A model generated the notes under the pieces. That model worked only from the letters and a program-made list of their open reading frames with translations. It was not told the DNA's origin and searched no databases. Position numbers and translations under genes: made by a program. From assembly GCF_036321535.1 (NCBI RefSeq), contig NC_087447.1:52144001-52208000 (forward strand): a stretch of 64,000 nucleotides of DNA, written 5' to 3'. Of this stretch, positions 40,231-55,168 are shown one piece after another; the first letter of the stretch is position 1; each line of letters begins with the position of its first letter. This DNA comes from Camelus dromedarius. Lineage: Eukaryota.

Positions 40231-42885
40231 CTGTTGGTAGAAAAGAGAACAACATGACCTACTTTTCATGCTCAGAACCCTGGCTGGCAGGGAACCCCTG
40301 GAGGTCAGAAGACAGAAGGCAGGTCACTCAGACGTATCTCGGCACCCAGGGGTTCATGGTAGCTACTCAAGATGAATACCACCTTCTTTTGTTCATAGCA
40401 CCTCAGTCTAAGTCATCAAAGCATCCTCTAAAGAATCGTTATTGGGAGATGTTTCCAGCTATCTCACTTAGAGGCTGTCTTCTAAGAACATTTTATTATG
40501 CTGCGAGGTGATAAAGCTGGTCCAAGGGCTACAGGGTACATGTGCATGTGAATTTGAAGTCGCACGACTTGGGCTCAAATCTTAGCTCTGCCACAGTTCT
40601 GTAAACTGTTTTTCATCTTTACACAGAGTGAGTTCCCTACATGGCAGTGGTGACAACTGTCACTAATAGTCTCATTGGAAGTGGACTTTCAAGAAAGTGA
40701 ATGGGATGGAGGGTACTTCCTCTCACCCGGCACTGGAGACAGGAGAAGGGCAGATGCTAGTGTCCCCTTGGCGTGGATTCTGGAACCTGCCACCTCTCCC
40801 AGTATCCACCCCCGGCTCTCCTTCTATATTCCAGGCAACAAGCCATCTGCTTTTCCCAAACTTGCCAGGCAAATGTTGTTTAAAGCCTCTGTGCCTCTGC
40901 AATATTCTTCCATCTGCCTCATATGTCATTTTTGTACCCGTCTCCCAACGTTCTCATCCTTTAAGACCCAACTTTAAATGATGCCTTTTCCCTGAAGCCT
41001 TTCTTGACACCCCGAATTAGAATTAGTCATTCTCTCTTCCAAAGGCTGGCACAAACCCCTTGGTACCCTACCATCCTGTACATGTTTCTCCTCTCACTAG
41101 CCCGTGAGCTCTTTGAGGGCAGAGTCAAGGTCTACTGTTTTCCTCTCTAGAGTGCCCGGAAATGCCTAACAAGTTATTGTTTAAACAAACAAACAGAAAT
41201 GGTGGATTGAGTAAAAAAAAGTGAGACAGTCAGGGATCACCTAGAATGATGTTTTTTCAAATATTTCAGAAACACAATCTTTTTAGCAGATGACATTTTA
41301 TAAGGATGCCAAAGTGGAAAACAAATAAAGACAAGATCTTCTCTGCATGAAGTAGAGGCGGGGTCCCTTCTCCCCACAGGGTGGTTCTGAAGGCAGTTCT
41401 CTGGAGTCTTAGTATCTGGAGAAGCCAAAGAAAAGCCAGCTGGAAAATCACTGAGTTAGTGGAAGAATAGGTAGAGGTTGAGTTATTTGCTCCACAAGCC
41501 ACACAGGGAGGTGTGGGCAGAGCCAGGCCTTGAGCCTAGGCGACACACTCTGGGTCCAACCCTAGGCCAGTCTATATACCACTGGCAATGGGTGGAAGTG
41601 AAGTTGCGCACTAGTGTCAACATCCTAAGGGGCCAGAGCGCTGGGGAGACGGTCCTTGTTGACAAGAGAAATCTGAGGCAAAGATGCAGGCGCTGTTGTC
41701 CAGACAACGTTCTCTATTCACCTCATATCACAAGGCTTTTTTCCTGGCCTGGGGAAGAGCTACTGATGAGGCCTGTGGGCATTCGTGGGAACAAAAAAAT
41801 CTCTAACTCAGCCTCTGCTTTATTAGGTACCTACATCTCTACCTTCCTAGAGTGATAAACTTTTCTCTGTTTGATGAGAAAAGCAATTAACACCAGCCTT
41901 GTAAGCAGCTGGGCTCACCGGTGTCAGCCTGTCCTTTCTGAAGGCAGGAACAACTACCCACAATGCAACAAGCACCCCACCTTGCCTCACCTCACCACAC
42001 ACAATCCGGTTAAAGCTAATTCAGTCAGTGGTTTCCTTCCGAGGCCCTTGGTCTAAATGCAATTACATGGCAAACAAGTTAAGCGGAAGAGGCTCAGCAA
42101 AGACTCTCAGTCCTGCTCTGAAGGTCTCCCAATATATTTATGTGAAATTATCTCCCTGCTAATGGGAAAGGTTTATTCCATCAATTGTATTCAGCCGGTA
42201 CTGAGAGATGCTTTCTTTAATGGAGGAAAATTGAATTTCTTACTGCTGGAACTTTGTCCTTCTAGAGAATTACTAACAGATCTCATCTCCTGGTGCTGGC
42301 CAGTCTCCAGCCTCCTTTTGACACGTGTGCCTTCAGATTCTGCCTGAACAATAACCAGCCCTCTGGGGATGGCTTCCTTTGGGGGTTGCCCTGGCTGCTG
42401 CCCTCCAAACACACACAGGCCAACCTCCACTGATTCATCTCTCCGCAGGGACTTCCTGATAATTGGGAAACATTAAATCAGCACCATTTGGCCATCATGT
42501 CACCTCCGCTTCAGCAAGCCGGAGCAGATGTAATTTTAGCCCAGGCTCCTGTGGATTGCTTTGGATTCTGAAGAAGATTAAGTTGACTCCCTGTACCCTT
42601 GTGGGCCACAGAGACCTCCTGCCCAAAAAGGCATCTGGCTCAGGAATTAAGTCCTGGAGCAAAGCACTTCCATCCTCCTTCTGTTTGACCATGACTTTCA
42701 GTTGTCAAGAAAACCCAGTTCAACATCAAGGCTTCCCTGGAATAAAGGAGGTGAGCAAGTCTGCTCTGTGGAGGCCTCTAAAATGTGTCTCCTGCCATAT
42801 GCTTTTGTCCAGGGAGGTCTGAAGAGAGGTCAGTTCTGGGCTTCCAAATGCTTTCTTTCTTCATCCACTTGTTTAATGGATACCA

Positions 42886-43317
42886 CAGTGGTGCACTGGT
42901 GAATATTTAACAACTGGCTTTCCAAAAAAAAAAAAAAAAAAAGCAGCTTTAATTCATACCATTTACCTATTTCTGTGGTGTAAAGACTTCCACCATGGAT
43001 GATTTCACGCTACCAGTGAGATGTCACTGCACCCAGAGTTGGGAAGAAATGGTCAGTGAGACACCATTATATGATATTATTTCCACCACAGGGATATGAT
43101 AAATAAACTCAAGAGCAGAGATGATGGGAAGACACAATGAAATAACTAGTAAGTGATGAGTTTTGATTATTTATTACCTTTGTTTTTAATTGTGATTTTA
43201 TATAATTTAATTTTTAATAGAAGTTTAAAGTTGTGTTTAAAAACTAACTTGCAGAATTCCTGAACATTTGATAAGCAGTTCCTATAAGCGGGATGAGCCA
43301 GCTTCTGTCCACCACTG
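42886..43317 (-). mobile_element. Non-autonomous hAT DNA transposon, MER63-like (about 432 bp)
   Basis: Terminal inverted repeats CAGTGGTG...CACCACTG. Internal segments (gagttgggaaga, aagtgatgagttttga, tttattacctttgtttttaat) resemble MER63 as I recall it. The TSD is not preserved. Confidence 0.75.
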
Positions 43318-46300
43318 GAACAGTGACCCTCACACTAAGGGTCAATGCATCTAAGAAAGAGGTGCTGCTTTGACTGCGAAATTCCATGATGGAAGACCGC
43401 CTTGGTGAGAAATCACTAACACGGGCTGCAAATCACTGTCACCAACCTGGCTTCCCAGCTGGCTCACAGGATCCTCTCATCACCAGTCCTGTATTTGACA
43501 TGTTTTGCTTTTCCCTGGTCACTGTCTTGGCAGAATGGGGTCTTGGGGTGTTATTTTCTACTCATCTTCAGGGTCCCGTCTAAGCTGTCATCACCTCAGG
43601 GAGGCTGCTGCCAACTCTTCGTGGCAAAATTAATCACCCTTCCCTGGGTTCCTCTAAACCTTCCAAATATCTTTCTATAATGTGATTGTCATCTAGTGAT
43701 CTCCTTCACATTTGCATAGCTATCTTGTGTGCTTCCATCTCCAAAGACTGGGTAAGCATGGGATCTTGCTCCCTGAATGTTTGCTACGTGAGAAATGATC
43801 AAGTAACTGAAACTGAGAGTCAGACTTGCTCAAGGACATATAGCAAGGAACACAATGGGCTGAGTTGACGTTCAAAGCCAGTTCTCCTGACTTCCAAGTC
43901 CTTTCTCTTACTACTGTGTTACGTACCTGCAGTCACTAAAATTCACTTAACTTAAAAAATGGGTCACCCACTCTAAGCCAGGCACTGTGTTAAGTGCTGG
44001 GGTTATAGAAATACACGAGTTACAGTCCCAGTTGCTGGCTGGAGCTCACCAAAGGCAATTTGAAACGCCTGAGTGTAGTTGTCTCTGACACCAATGAGTC
44101 AACACATGGGTTTGGCATATGTCAGGCAGCTGGGATAGAAAACAAGCGATTAGGCTGGGCGAACTCTGCCAGGAGGCGTGCTTGTGCCAGGCCAAGGGGG
44201 GCATCAAACATGCTGGCCTTGGTCCAACCAGACACTCAGGGCCTGACTGAGGTGCCCCAGCTGGCGCCAGCGGCGGGGAGGATCCGCCTGACGGCTTCCT
44301 GGGGACAGTGGCCAGGTCTGGGATCAAGGGAGGAAACTGATGGAGAGACAAAATCACTGTGAAACAGAACCAAGCAAATAAGAAACTTCACCTCAGCTGC
44401 CAGTCGGGGAGAAGTGGACGGAGGGGTGGTGGTGGAAAGAGCCCTGGGCAGGGAGTCAGTTCCCACTTCCGACTCTGGCGGCTACTTGTATGACCTGGGA
44501 GAGCCTCCTGACCTCTCTAGACCTCGGTTCGCTCATCTGCCCACACAGGCTTTAAGTTTTCCCCCAATCAGCTGTCAGGTGGAATGTATAATGGTTTCAA
44601 CCTGGTGCTACTCAATCCAGCAAAGCAGCCCTTCTACGCATGGCTTCAGAATCCAAAGGGAGCTCATGCAATGCCTGTACTGATTTCTGAATCGTTCCCT
44701 CTACATGGAACCTTCCATCTGTTCACCTGAAAACCGCCTCAGGATCCACCTGCACTCGCATCCCCTCAGCTGTCTCTGCAAAGACTCTGAGTGCCATCAC
44801 ACCATGAGGGCAGTCTTTCTCCCCCAGCGGACCATAAGCTCCTTGATGATGGGGACCACACCTCCCTCACTGCTGTACTGCCAACACTGAGCATGGGTGA
44901 TGCTCATTTCTCAGCGGGTGAAAGAAAACCTCTGCCAACACAGGGGTTTGTCCTGGAATTTGAGTGCATGGTGCAGAGTAAGCTCTTGAGAAATTGTTTA
45001 CTGAATGAAAAAACTGGTGGGTTTCTGTAACTGAAAGGGAGGGAGATACCAAAGAACTCTGAGCTACTTGACTTTGACAAGGATATGGCTAGCGAACCGA
45101 GGACTGGAGGGACTGGGGCTCTCTAGTTGGTCAGTCCAGGGTGCATCCCAAGGCTCGGTTCATTTCGTTGGAGGACTCACCCACCTTAGCTGGCAGCCCT
45201 CCTACTTTGGTTCCATAGCCTTCTCATCTGTTCATTTAAAATTTTCAAAAACTTAAAAAAAAAAAGAATGCCAGAAGTGAAGCCAGATTTGCTCTTCAAT
45301 GTGTATTATACAAGCAGACAGAGGAAGGAGAAGGAAGAAAAACTGCAGCTTCAACTTTTTGTGTTAGTATATGGCCCTGGTGTTCAGGAAACTGAAACAA
45401 CCATTTGGGATCTAGGTGGCAGAAAGTAACTTTGGCCTTTTTCTGCTTGAAAGTATTTGCTACTCTGTGCCACTACTGGTTATGCAAATCACTCTTTTGC
45501 ATTACATACTTTAAACAGATTTATATGCCTGACTTGTACCAACCCTTAAAACTTTCCTCTGCCAACTTGTGCTGACTGACTGGGGATCTTTCCAGCATCT
45601 ACTGCACTTTATCCTACCTCTTGAAAGAACCTTAGCCCCACCTCATGACCTGCCCAACAGCCCCCATCTAAAGGGTTCTCCAGCAAAGCCTGACCCTCTC
45701 CACTCTGTAGCGCCTGAGATCTTCTGTCCAGCCTGGCCACATGGGCCGCTCTGAAGCTGTGTTCTCTCTCTGTCAGTGCTCTGCCTCCGTCTCTTCAGCC
45801 AGCTTTTCTAGCCTGATGTCTTCCACCTACATACGTATTCTTGGGAACACACTAGTCCTGATGTGTTAGAAGAGACCTTCCTGATCATCTCTCTCACGTT
45901 TCTCATTGTAGAGCTGAGAAAACAGAGTCTAGACGGGGGATGGACTTGCCCGTCCTTGCAAGAGTGACTGGAGCCAGGATTCAAATTCAGGACTCGTCAT
46001 TTATTATCCGTGAGCACTCAGGAAGGTCACTGCACCTCTCACACCACTTACCATCTGACACAGGTACACACTGAAATAACCAAGAACCTCAATTTGCTTT
46101 AGCTGCCTGGAAAAGCTGAGCAGAACATAATCAGAGCAGGGCTCTGAAAACTCGTTTCGATTCCACACCCTTTCTGTAAACATTTTTGTGCCGGGTCCAT
46201 GGATGTGTTTATATTTAGTAATACATTGTGCACATGTGCTATCATCATTAGCTAATATTGGAAAGCATAATATTCGTTTGGGGCAAGGTTTAATGGACAC

Positions 46301-47269
46301 AAATGAATATTTCAGCTAGTCTTCTTGGTAACTTTGAATCATTTGGTTAACTTTTTGTTAGATTCTTAAAAATTTTGACTCTCTTAGTTACCCATTCTTT
46401 AGATCTGATGAGAATGACCACTATTGTTCTTAACTTCATGGTGGAGTTGAGACAGACTTTGGACAAGGACAGACTTTTTTTTACAAGGAGTAGAAGTAGC
46501 AGCTCTGCCATTTGACTGTCTGCTTGTGCTTGCACTGAACACAATAGTACCATACTATCTTTGATTGGTAGTTACTTTGCAAACATCTTTTTATGCCACT
46601 AGACCCCATTTTATAAGTAAGTTTGGTTAAAACCAGATTTTACATACACACATATGCACACACACACCCACACACACCCCCTACAGTCATGTTGTAATAT
46701 ACTAGAATAAACCAATGAAGCTCTCCGAGGAGTAGGTCCCCATCTCCCTCAGAATACCTCCTGTGCTGGTCCAGACATGTAACCAACTACCACTGGAACC
46801 AAGGGAGCAAGTCAGAGAAGACCTAGTTTATACGAGTAAACATCCACTCTTATTTTTTAAAATAAAAAGTAAATATAGATAGAGGTTCTAATATGTTCAT
46901 CCTGTACCTTGTGGACCACATCGGGCACCCACCTTGGGACCACTGTATGGCACTGGAGTTACGATGCTTTGTGTCTGTGATTTCTTTTTATGAAATGAAC
47001 TCTAACATGCTACATATTATTACAGTCAAAGAGCCAACTTCTATTTGTGCTTCATTCTTTATAGCTTATTTCAAAGCTCTTCCCTATATTTACTAAGTTT
47101 GTTTTCCAATAACCTTAGGCCAAAACCAACAGAACTCGATCTAGTCGCTTAACTTTTAATAGTGTTCCTGACTTATTGGAGATCAGGAAGTTGAACCAGA
47201 TTTTCTCTTGCGGCACCTTGAAAATCTAAGATCCCCAGCTCTCCAAACTTTACCACTGTTATTTTACCA

Positions 47270-47830
47270 CATCTTCAGTATCCCTGTGCCATCCGTGTCA
47301 CTTTCTGTTGTACCCCACTGGGTCCAGATAAAGTCCAAACTCTCTCGCTTGGCGTGTAAGTACCTTCAGGACTGGCCCCGCCTGTCTCTTCAGGCTCACG
47401 TCCTGTTTTCCCATTCTCACATCCTGTGCTGCTGCCATGTTAAATTCTTTCCCATACCCTTGCCTTGGCACTTCCATGCCTCCTTGCCCTTGTCTGCATT
47501 GGTTCATTTGCCTCAAATATCTTTCCTTCCCATTCCTACTAGTCTCTCCTTTAAACCTTCTGCCTCTCCTTGAGGCTCTTCCTGATTTTCCCAGGACAAA
47601 GAAGTCATCCCCTCCTTTGGCGAACAAAACACAATGTAGTTATCCCACTAAAGTGTATTCATCTGTACAAACACCTCATTGTCTTCTCTAGGCTGTGAGT
47701 TTTTTGATGGGAACAACTATGTGCTTTTCATCTCCATAACTCCAGTGCTCAGCACAGGAGTAGATCTATTAGTATGCATTCAGTAAATGCTGAGTAAAGA
47801 AATAAATGAAGACCACATAAATGAATTTTA
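47270..47830 (+). mobile_element. L2 fragment
   Basis: agataaagtccaaactc...ctaggctgtgagttttttgatgggaac...ctccagtgctcagcacag...gtaaatgctgagtaaagaaataaatgaa. Confidence 0.6.
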
Positions 47831-50800
47831 GAAAAAGATGATGACAGAAAAAACCATGAATATAGTTGTGTCACATAGCCTAAAGTAAAAAAAAAAAAAA
47901 GATATATACAGGGTAGGGGAAGAGAAACATAGACAGAGGCCATCAATGAGAACAGGGTTTGGTTATTGGAACTTTAACTGAGCACCTACTATGTGCTATA
48001 CACAGTGCTAGGTAGTGGGGAAGATAGTTATTCATCCATTTTCTTCTTTACTTATGGAAACTACAGGAGGACAGTACCAGCAGTTTCTGTTTTATTTTCC
48101 ATTGTATTCTAAGTAGCTAAATAACAATAAATGAGATGCAACCCCTATATATGAGGAACTCACCTTCTGGAATGAATATAATTTGACTTAAAAAAAACTC
48201 CTGTCCCCAGAAGTAAAGCTAGCGTGGGGTAAAAGGGGAGTTACCTACCAGGTCATTCTAGTAGGGCATACAAACATTCCTACAATTAGTATCAAGCACC
48301 ACCAGGGCCTCCCCAGGTACCCTGACTCTGTTCTTCCTTTTGGAATTGGGCTCAGTTTAGACTCCAACAGAGGCTTTCAGATTACTTGCTGGGCATGTAG
48401 AATGAATATCACAGGGAAGTACTTCAGTTTGTGACAAAAAAACCCTTTTCCTCTTGGACTGTTTTGTGTATGTCTGGGGAGAGGAAAGAAGAAATCCTCA
48501 TACTTCTTCAGATTAACAGAAGAAGTTTAATGTTTAACTAGAAGGGTCCTTTGGGTGACTGAGTCCAAGCCCCTCAATTACAGGTGAGGTACGTGATCCC
48601 TAGAGATGGGTGGTTTCCCCTCCATCACCCATGGAGGCTGGGACCTCCATCAACAGGTCTGCTATGGTGTCCTGACACCACCTGGGGGCATCAGATGACA
48701 AGACGGCTGGGCAACTACTAGCATCTTCTGCAGAGCCCAGAAGCCACGGTTCTGTGATCTCCTAACTTTCTGTGGCTGCTGAGCTACTTCAGATACTCAG
48801 GGAGCATGAGCTCGCAGGCCACAGCTCTGATCATCCAATTCCAGGGGCGACCCGGCTGCTGAACACTGATGCTTTGGGCTGAGTCGCCTCCCACAGGAAT
48901 CCTCTGGAATATTTCCTACTGGCCAACAAAGGTGCACACAAGAACAGAGCTCTTGGCTGTTCACAGCACTGTCATTTCCAGGGAAGTGAGTCCACCGGCT
49001 GTGGCAAAGGAGAAGCAGGACTGGGAGAGGCTCTCCAGGAGAGATCATTTTGGAAGAGCAAGGCCCTGATCCTGGGTGACTGGGGGACACGCCTCAGAAT
49101 CACTGACCATGTGCCTGGGGACAGGGAATGTGTGAACATGTCTAGGCAGGCTGTTCTCTGGGCTATGCAGCCGGAGGCCTGTGTCTAAGAGGACTCCTCA
49201 GGAGACAGTTGGTGCTGCTGGAAAAACTCGAGGCAGCGCTGCAAAAATGTGACTCCAGACAGTCTCAGTGGACAAGTTCACTTCATGACTGCGTGTCCTG
49301 TCTCCCTGTCCAAGCACAGGACAGGTCCTTCTCTCCCCGGAAAGGGGCTACGGAAAGTCCAGCTCAGCAGGCCGGACCTGAGGTGTAGAGAAACAGACGG
49401 GTGGCACCAAGGGAAACAGTCCTTCCAGGGGCAGGGGAGGAAGATCTGACAGGGGACAGGCATGGGGAGAGAGCTCCCAGGGGCAGCTGGATGTGGACAT
49501 CCCATTTGTTACCAGGTAATTATGCCCAGGTTCCTAAGCCAAGAAGGGGTGGAGCTCCAGACCCAGACGCGGCACGGGTGGGAGCCTAGCCAGAGAAGGC
49601 AGGGCTTGAGTCCTCGGGTGGCAGGGCTACAAGGCTGCTTATGTCAGGAACTTAGGGACAGAAAACAAGGCTGGGATTCTGAGACAGGATAGAAACCCAT
49701 TTTGCAGATCTGGCATGTAGAAGGTCAGGCAGAGGAACAGTAGGAGGACTTGAGACTGAGCAGCTGGGGTTGCTCTAAGCCCTTCTCCTCTGATTGGGGT
49801 TGGTTTAGAGGCCTGCAGGTTAGACAGGGTAGTTACAAGGCCCTGTGGTAGTGAGAGCAAGAGGTGGGAGAGGAGGGCAGATGGGTCTCTCTCCTCTGCC
49901 AGAACACTGCCCGGAGGCAGCATCTCCCCTCATCACAGCCCCTCATGGTGGAGCTCACTCAGAGCCAGCTCTTTATGCCTCCAAGATCGGACTGGAGGGC
50001 TGGTCAGACTCGCCGCAAAGGCGTTTGAAGAGTCCTGATCTTATATTCTCCATTGAGGACAATATTAGTAACGTGATACATGGCCTTCCAATACTTTAAC
50101 TTCTCATTGCTTGACATGTATCAGCGTTGGGTGCAGAGAGTCCCTGACTTACAGACACTAGAATTCTGTTTGAAAGAGCCTGACTTAGGACTCAAGTTTC
50201 TCCAGGACTCAGACTCTGCTACTACCTTGCTCAGCCAAGACCTTTCTCTGGCCTCAAAGTTTCCCTTTCTACCGCAAAGGACTGACGATCTCAAAGGTCC
50301 ATTCACCTCTGCCTGCCTTGGCACTAGGACACAAGCATTGGTTATATAACCCATTAAAGCTTCAGGCTAAGATTCTCATCTTTCTCCCAGTTCTCATGGT
50401 GACACTAAAACCTATACGAATACAAATGCCACTGCCAGTACTAACACTAACTCTTGCTCTAAGTGATAATGGCTACTCACGCTTATCTCGTGCTTACTGC
50501 TCTGACACATAAGTGTTTTATATCTCCTTTAATCCTCAGACATCCTCACAAGGTAGCAGTTATTATGATGTGACAGATGAGGAAAGTGAGGCACAGAGTG
50601 ATGAAGCAACTTATCCCAGGTCACACAGCTGGCAAAAGGTGGGGCTCAAATTCAAGCCTAGCTACCTCCCCCTGAGGCCGTGCTCTGAAGCACTAAGACT
50701 TACTGTAGGTTAGCTTTTCATCGTGCTGTATGGTATTAGAGGGAAAGTCAGAGCCAGTTGGGGTTGCAGAGTCATAGCAGCACCATGTTGTAGAGATCTC

Positions 50801-53800
50801 CAAGCTGAAGATGCTGACATAGGAATATAAAAGACGTGGCAGAGAAGAACAGAGGCTCAGCATGTGGGCTCTGAGGCCAGTTGGCTTGGTTTCAAATGCT
50901 GGTTCTGCCACTCACAAGCCCTATGTCCTGGGCCAGGTTCCTCAACTTCTTTGTGCCTCAGTTTCCTGTCTATAAAAGAAGGATTTTTTTGGATCCATAT
51001 GCCATGGATTCCCCGTGGCATATGGTTTTGGGGCAGATGTAAAGGTGTTACTGCTCGTGAAACTTACAAAGCATTTTGAACAATGTTCAACACATAGAAC
51101 AGCCTTGGTAAATCTTCAGTGTTGTTACTGCATGTGTGCTATGCACCAGCCACTGGGTTTCATCTCATTGAATCCTCCAGACAACCTGTGGGGTGGGGAC
51201 TTAGGAACCCCACATTCCGGAGGAGGAAACTGAGCCTCGCTTGCTCAAGGTTCCTCGCTCTCACGCTCCCAGGGGCTTGAACGCAGGCCCTCTCCCTCTC
51301 AGCCCCGAGTGGTTCCCGCGTCCGTGCAGCTTCGCCTGCTAATGCTTCCTATGATGGACAGCGAGGAAAAAGCTCAGACTCCAAAGCAAACAGAGATCGT
51401 AATTTGGTTTTGGAATCAATAAAGGGATGATCAAGTGGCAGAGGAGTTGTTAGCTGCTCATCAGGATGATGTGAGAAGTTGCTGCCTGCATCCTGAATTA
51501 AATTCACCTAGTTGCTTTATCATCATAAACATTCATTTCAACGTGGGGAGGGATTTTTTTTAAACCAACATGAATAATATATAATGGCTGACATTTTGGA
51601 GGAAACAGTATCTTTACCTTCTTCTATCTTCCTTCAGGGTAATTTATCATTGTCTTTCTCCAGCCCTCCCTGCTCCCCACCTTTTTTTAAACTGATGGGG
51701 TAGCCTGTCAGCTCAGCTTGTTCTGAAAACGTAGGAGTATAATTCAATAATAAATTCGCTTCGAGGCCAGCTGTCAGGAAGCTGGTGTTTATCTGAACTC
51801 CATTAGATGGTCTCTACTGTTCGGTCTCTCTGAGGGCTGCCTAAGGCCTGGGGCGGGGTGACTGGTAAGCAAACACATTTCTGGAACTGCTCTGCTGCTG
51901 ACACTTGTGTGTATGGCTTTAGATCTGCAGTGGGCTGACAAAATGATACTGCATACATGATTTTTCCTCCCCACTTTCCATTATTTCTTTTTCCTCTCAT
52001 AAATTCTTACTTATAAAATTCTTGGAAACTTAGTGCCTTTATAAAGGGTCTGAGAGAAATTCTGAAGACTTATGTGCCATCAATGTTATGTGCCAAAACG
52101 TTATAGCAGTTTTAAGCCCTAACTGAGGTGAAATGCTCACATCTGGTTAGTGGACATGCAAGGGGCAGATCTTTCTCAGTTCCTGCCCCAAACTACCTTT
52201 TTGGCCTCTGACTCAGAGTCCCCTCTTTTCTTCCTTTCCATGCCCCCTCTGCACACCAGATTCATACACCTTAGATTTCCTAAGACCCTCTTGATTTCAA
52301 ATGTTAGAGCAGGTCTCTTGACTTTTGATTTGGAAAATACTATAACCATAATTATGTTGTAGCCACATTAAAATTCTCTCTGTCCTTGGATTATCATGGA
52401 AAGTTGTGCTGGTTCCTCAGTCTAGAATGCATTTTAAAATCCTGTTCAACTGAAACCCACAGTAAGCAATATAGCTTATTCAGTAGTATACATACACACA
52501 CACGAAACAAATGTTGTAAAATACATGTCCTTTTACAGTGTTGCACTGATATTTTCCGTTTCATTGTACCCCATTCCATTTAAATTTACTTCTTAAAAAT
52601 CAGTTTCACCCCACCACCTTGATTTCATGATGTGCTAATGGGTTGTTGTGATCTGACGTGGGATAAATCATGTTTTAATGGCCAACCCTAGTCACTGAAA
52701 TCTTTGTCTCAGGTCAAAGGCCATCTCCTGCCAGATGTCTTCATTCATTAGTTCATTGGTTTGTTTGCTCATTCATTTTCAAAACCAAACACTTCCTGCT
52801 GTCCTCCACTCTGAGCCAGGCCCTCTGCCCGGTGCTCGAGAAACAAAGAAGGGTCAGAGGCAGCCCCAGTGCAGGGGAGCTCAGGGACCCAGACTGGCAG
52901 GGGGTGTATTGGGCCCGCCTTTGAACTCTCCAAGCACCTTCCCTCTGCTCTCTTCAGGCACTCAGCAGTAGCTGATGGGCTGACTCACTGATTCATCCAC
53001 CACTCATTGCGGTTCAGCCTGTGCCAAGCCCTCTGCCAGGCACGAGTGGTTTGATGACTAACAAGGCACTGGACACACACAGAGGCCCCAGTGTAACAGG
53101 ACAGTAGATGCACATCTCCTTGCAGGCCTAGTGCAACATAGGTGCTGGTCAGTATTTACCAAACAGAGCTCGACTTCTGTGGGCAGTTCTGTCTCTCTCT
53201 GCGTCTCCCCATTCTCTCCTCTCCACGGGATCTGACCCGCTGTATGTGACACAACCTTCTACCTCCCGTGGGATGAATGCTCTGTCAGTTTCTCCTTTTT
53301 CCACAGTCCCTTGACTCCTGAAGTCTTTTCTCTTTGGCCTCACTGTGTCCTGTTCGCTGACTTTCATAGCGACCTGTCCACACCCACTGACTTGCCCGAG
53401 TGAGCTGACAACCTACGTGGTCTAGAGGGGCCCAGAGAGACTGGACAGCGTCATCACCTTTCTGTCATCAATACAGTGTCTTTGAATACATTCTGAACCA
53501 GTATTCAAATAACTTGGCGGTAGTTCTTCCTCTTCCTATGATCTGCTAACCTGTCCCAGCAGTGGCAATCCACAGGTACTCACCGGCGTGATCTATCTGC
53601 CCTGTGTCCAGTCCTTTCGACCTGGTCAGTCCTTCCCAAGAGCACAGGCAAGACCAAAGCTGTGCAACAGGGAAGCAGCTGCCTGGAGTGCTCTTGGAGG
53701 AGGAATGTCTCGGTTGCCCTCCCTTTCCCAGCTGTCTGATCCCAAGCCCCAGAGTCTGGGTCCTGTTATCTGTCCTCCTTGTACAGACGACCTGCTGGGG

Positions 53801-55168
53801 ATCCTTCCACCGACAGACCTGAGTGGCTCCTCCCCTCCCATTCAAGCCTCAACACACCATGTGTTGTACTCTCTCTGCGATTCCAGGGGAGGGGCAGGTG
53901 TTCCACCAGGCAGAAGGGCTCCAGGCATCCAAGCCAGGAGGGAAAGATGGTATCCAAGCCACCTAATCTGGTGATGGTGGTTCTCCTGCCTGCTCTGTCC
54001 CTCCTACTGTAGATCAGCTGAAGTCATTCACACCTGGATCACTGTGTGAGGAGTTGAGCACAGCAGTGGCAGAATGTCAGAGGGAGCTGCTGTCTTCAGT
54101 AACCTGAAATTAAACACCTGCTCCGGGCCAGGCACTGTGCTGGGCTCTGGGGACACAGAAGAACCAGACAGGATCTCTGAGGGAGGCCTTCCTCACTCTC
54201 AGTCCATCTGGCAGGACTTCTGCTTCAGCTCTGAGTCTAGCTCTGTGCTTGCCTCCAAGGAGTCCAGCCCAGCCCAACCCAGAGCCCGCTCTGCATGGCT
54301 GGGTCCCTCACATCCTAGAGAACTGCTGGCCATCCTTCCCTGAGGGCCACCCCTGCTCTAGGACCTCTGCACCAGCTGGGGTGCTGCACAGAAGCATCAG
54401 GAACCTCTCATATAACTCTGGGAGAACCTCTGCCTCCTCGTCCTTGCCGTGGTTGGGCCTCTCAGGAAAGGTATCCTGGGGAGAGCCCAGGGCATGGAGG
54501 ACTGGCTGGCTGGCTTCCCCCACAGAAGGAGACTCCGGTCAGTCCCAACCTGGCCTTCAATTCCTCTCCCTCCCATGGTCCCAGCAGGCCTCATACTTGG
54601 GTCGCCTTGAGTCCGTCTCACAGCTGGGAATCCACTGAGTGAAGGAGGAGCCACCTCCCCTTGCTGGGCTCAGAAATACTGTTGTGTCTTGGGGTGACAG
54701 GCTGCTTCTCGGAGCCTGTTAAACGGACTCCCATTCAGACTAGATAAATTGTGGCGCAGCATATGGGGTGCAGGAAAATACAGGGTTTTTCTGTCCCACA
54801 GGCCACCTATTGTTAAACACAGGCACCAAGTCAGGCTGGCCTGCCCATTAGAAACCCCACCCTCTGGAGAAGTGCCACTGGATTCCTCCCTAACAAGGAC
54901 CCCGGCTGACAGCCGGCTGGCAGAGCACTGCCCTTTCTCTTCCTCAAATAAGGACTCAACAGTCTAAACCCAGCTCCTCTCTGGGGGGTTCTGCTGGACT
55001 TCCCTGGAGGGCAGGTTGCTCTCAAGTTTCACTCCTGCTCCAGGAGGTGGAGTTGGAAGCTCTTTCTAACATCATCACTATCGTCACGTTCATCGTCATC
55101 GCTGTCATCATATAATCTGCAAGCAGTGTGTACTAGTTTGAGACTTTATGAACTTTTAAAAACACTTT

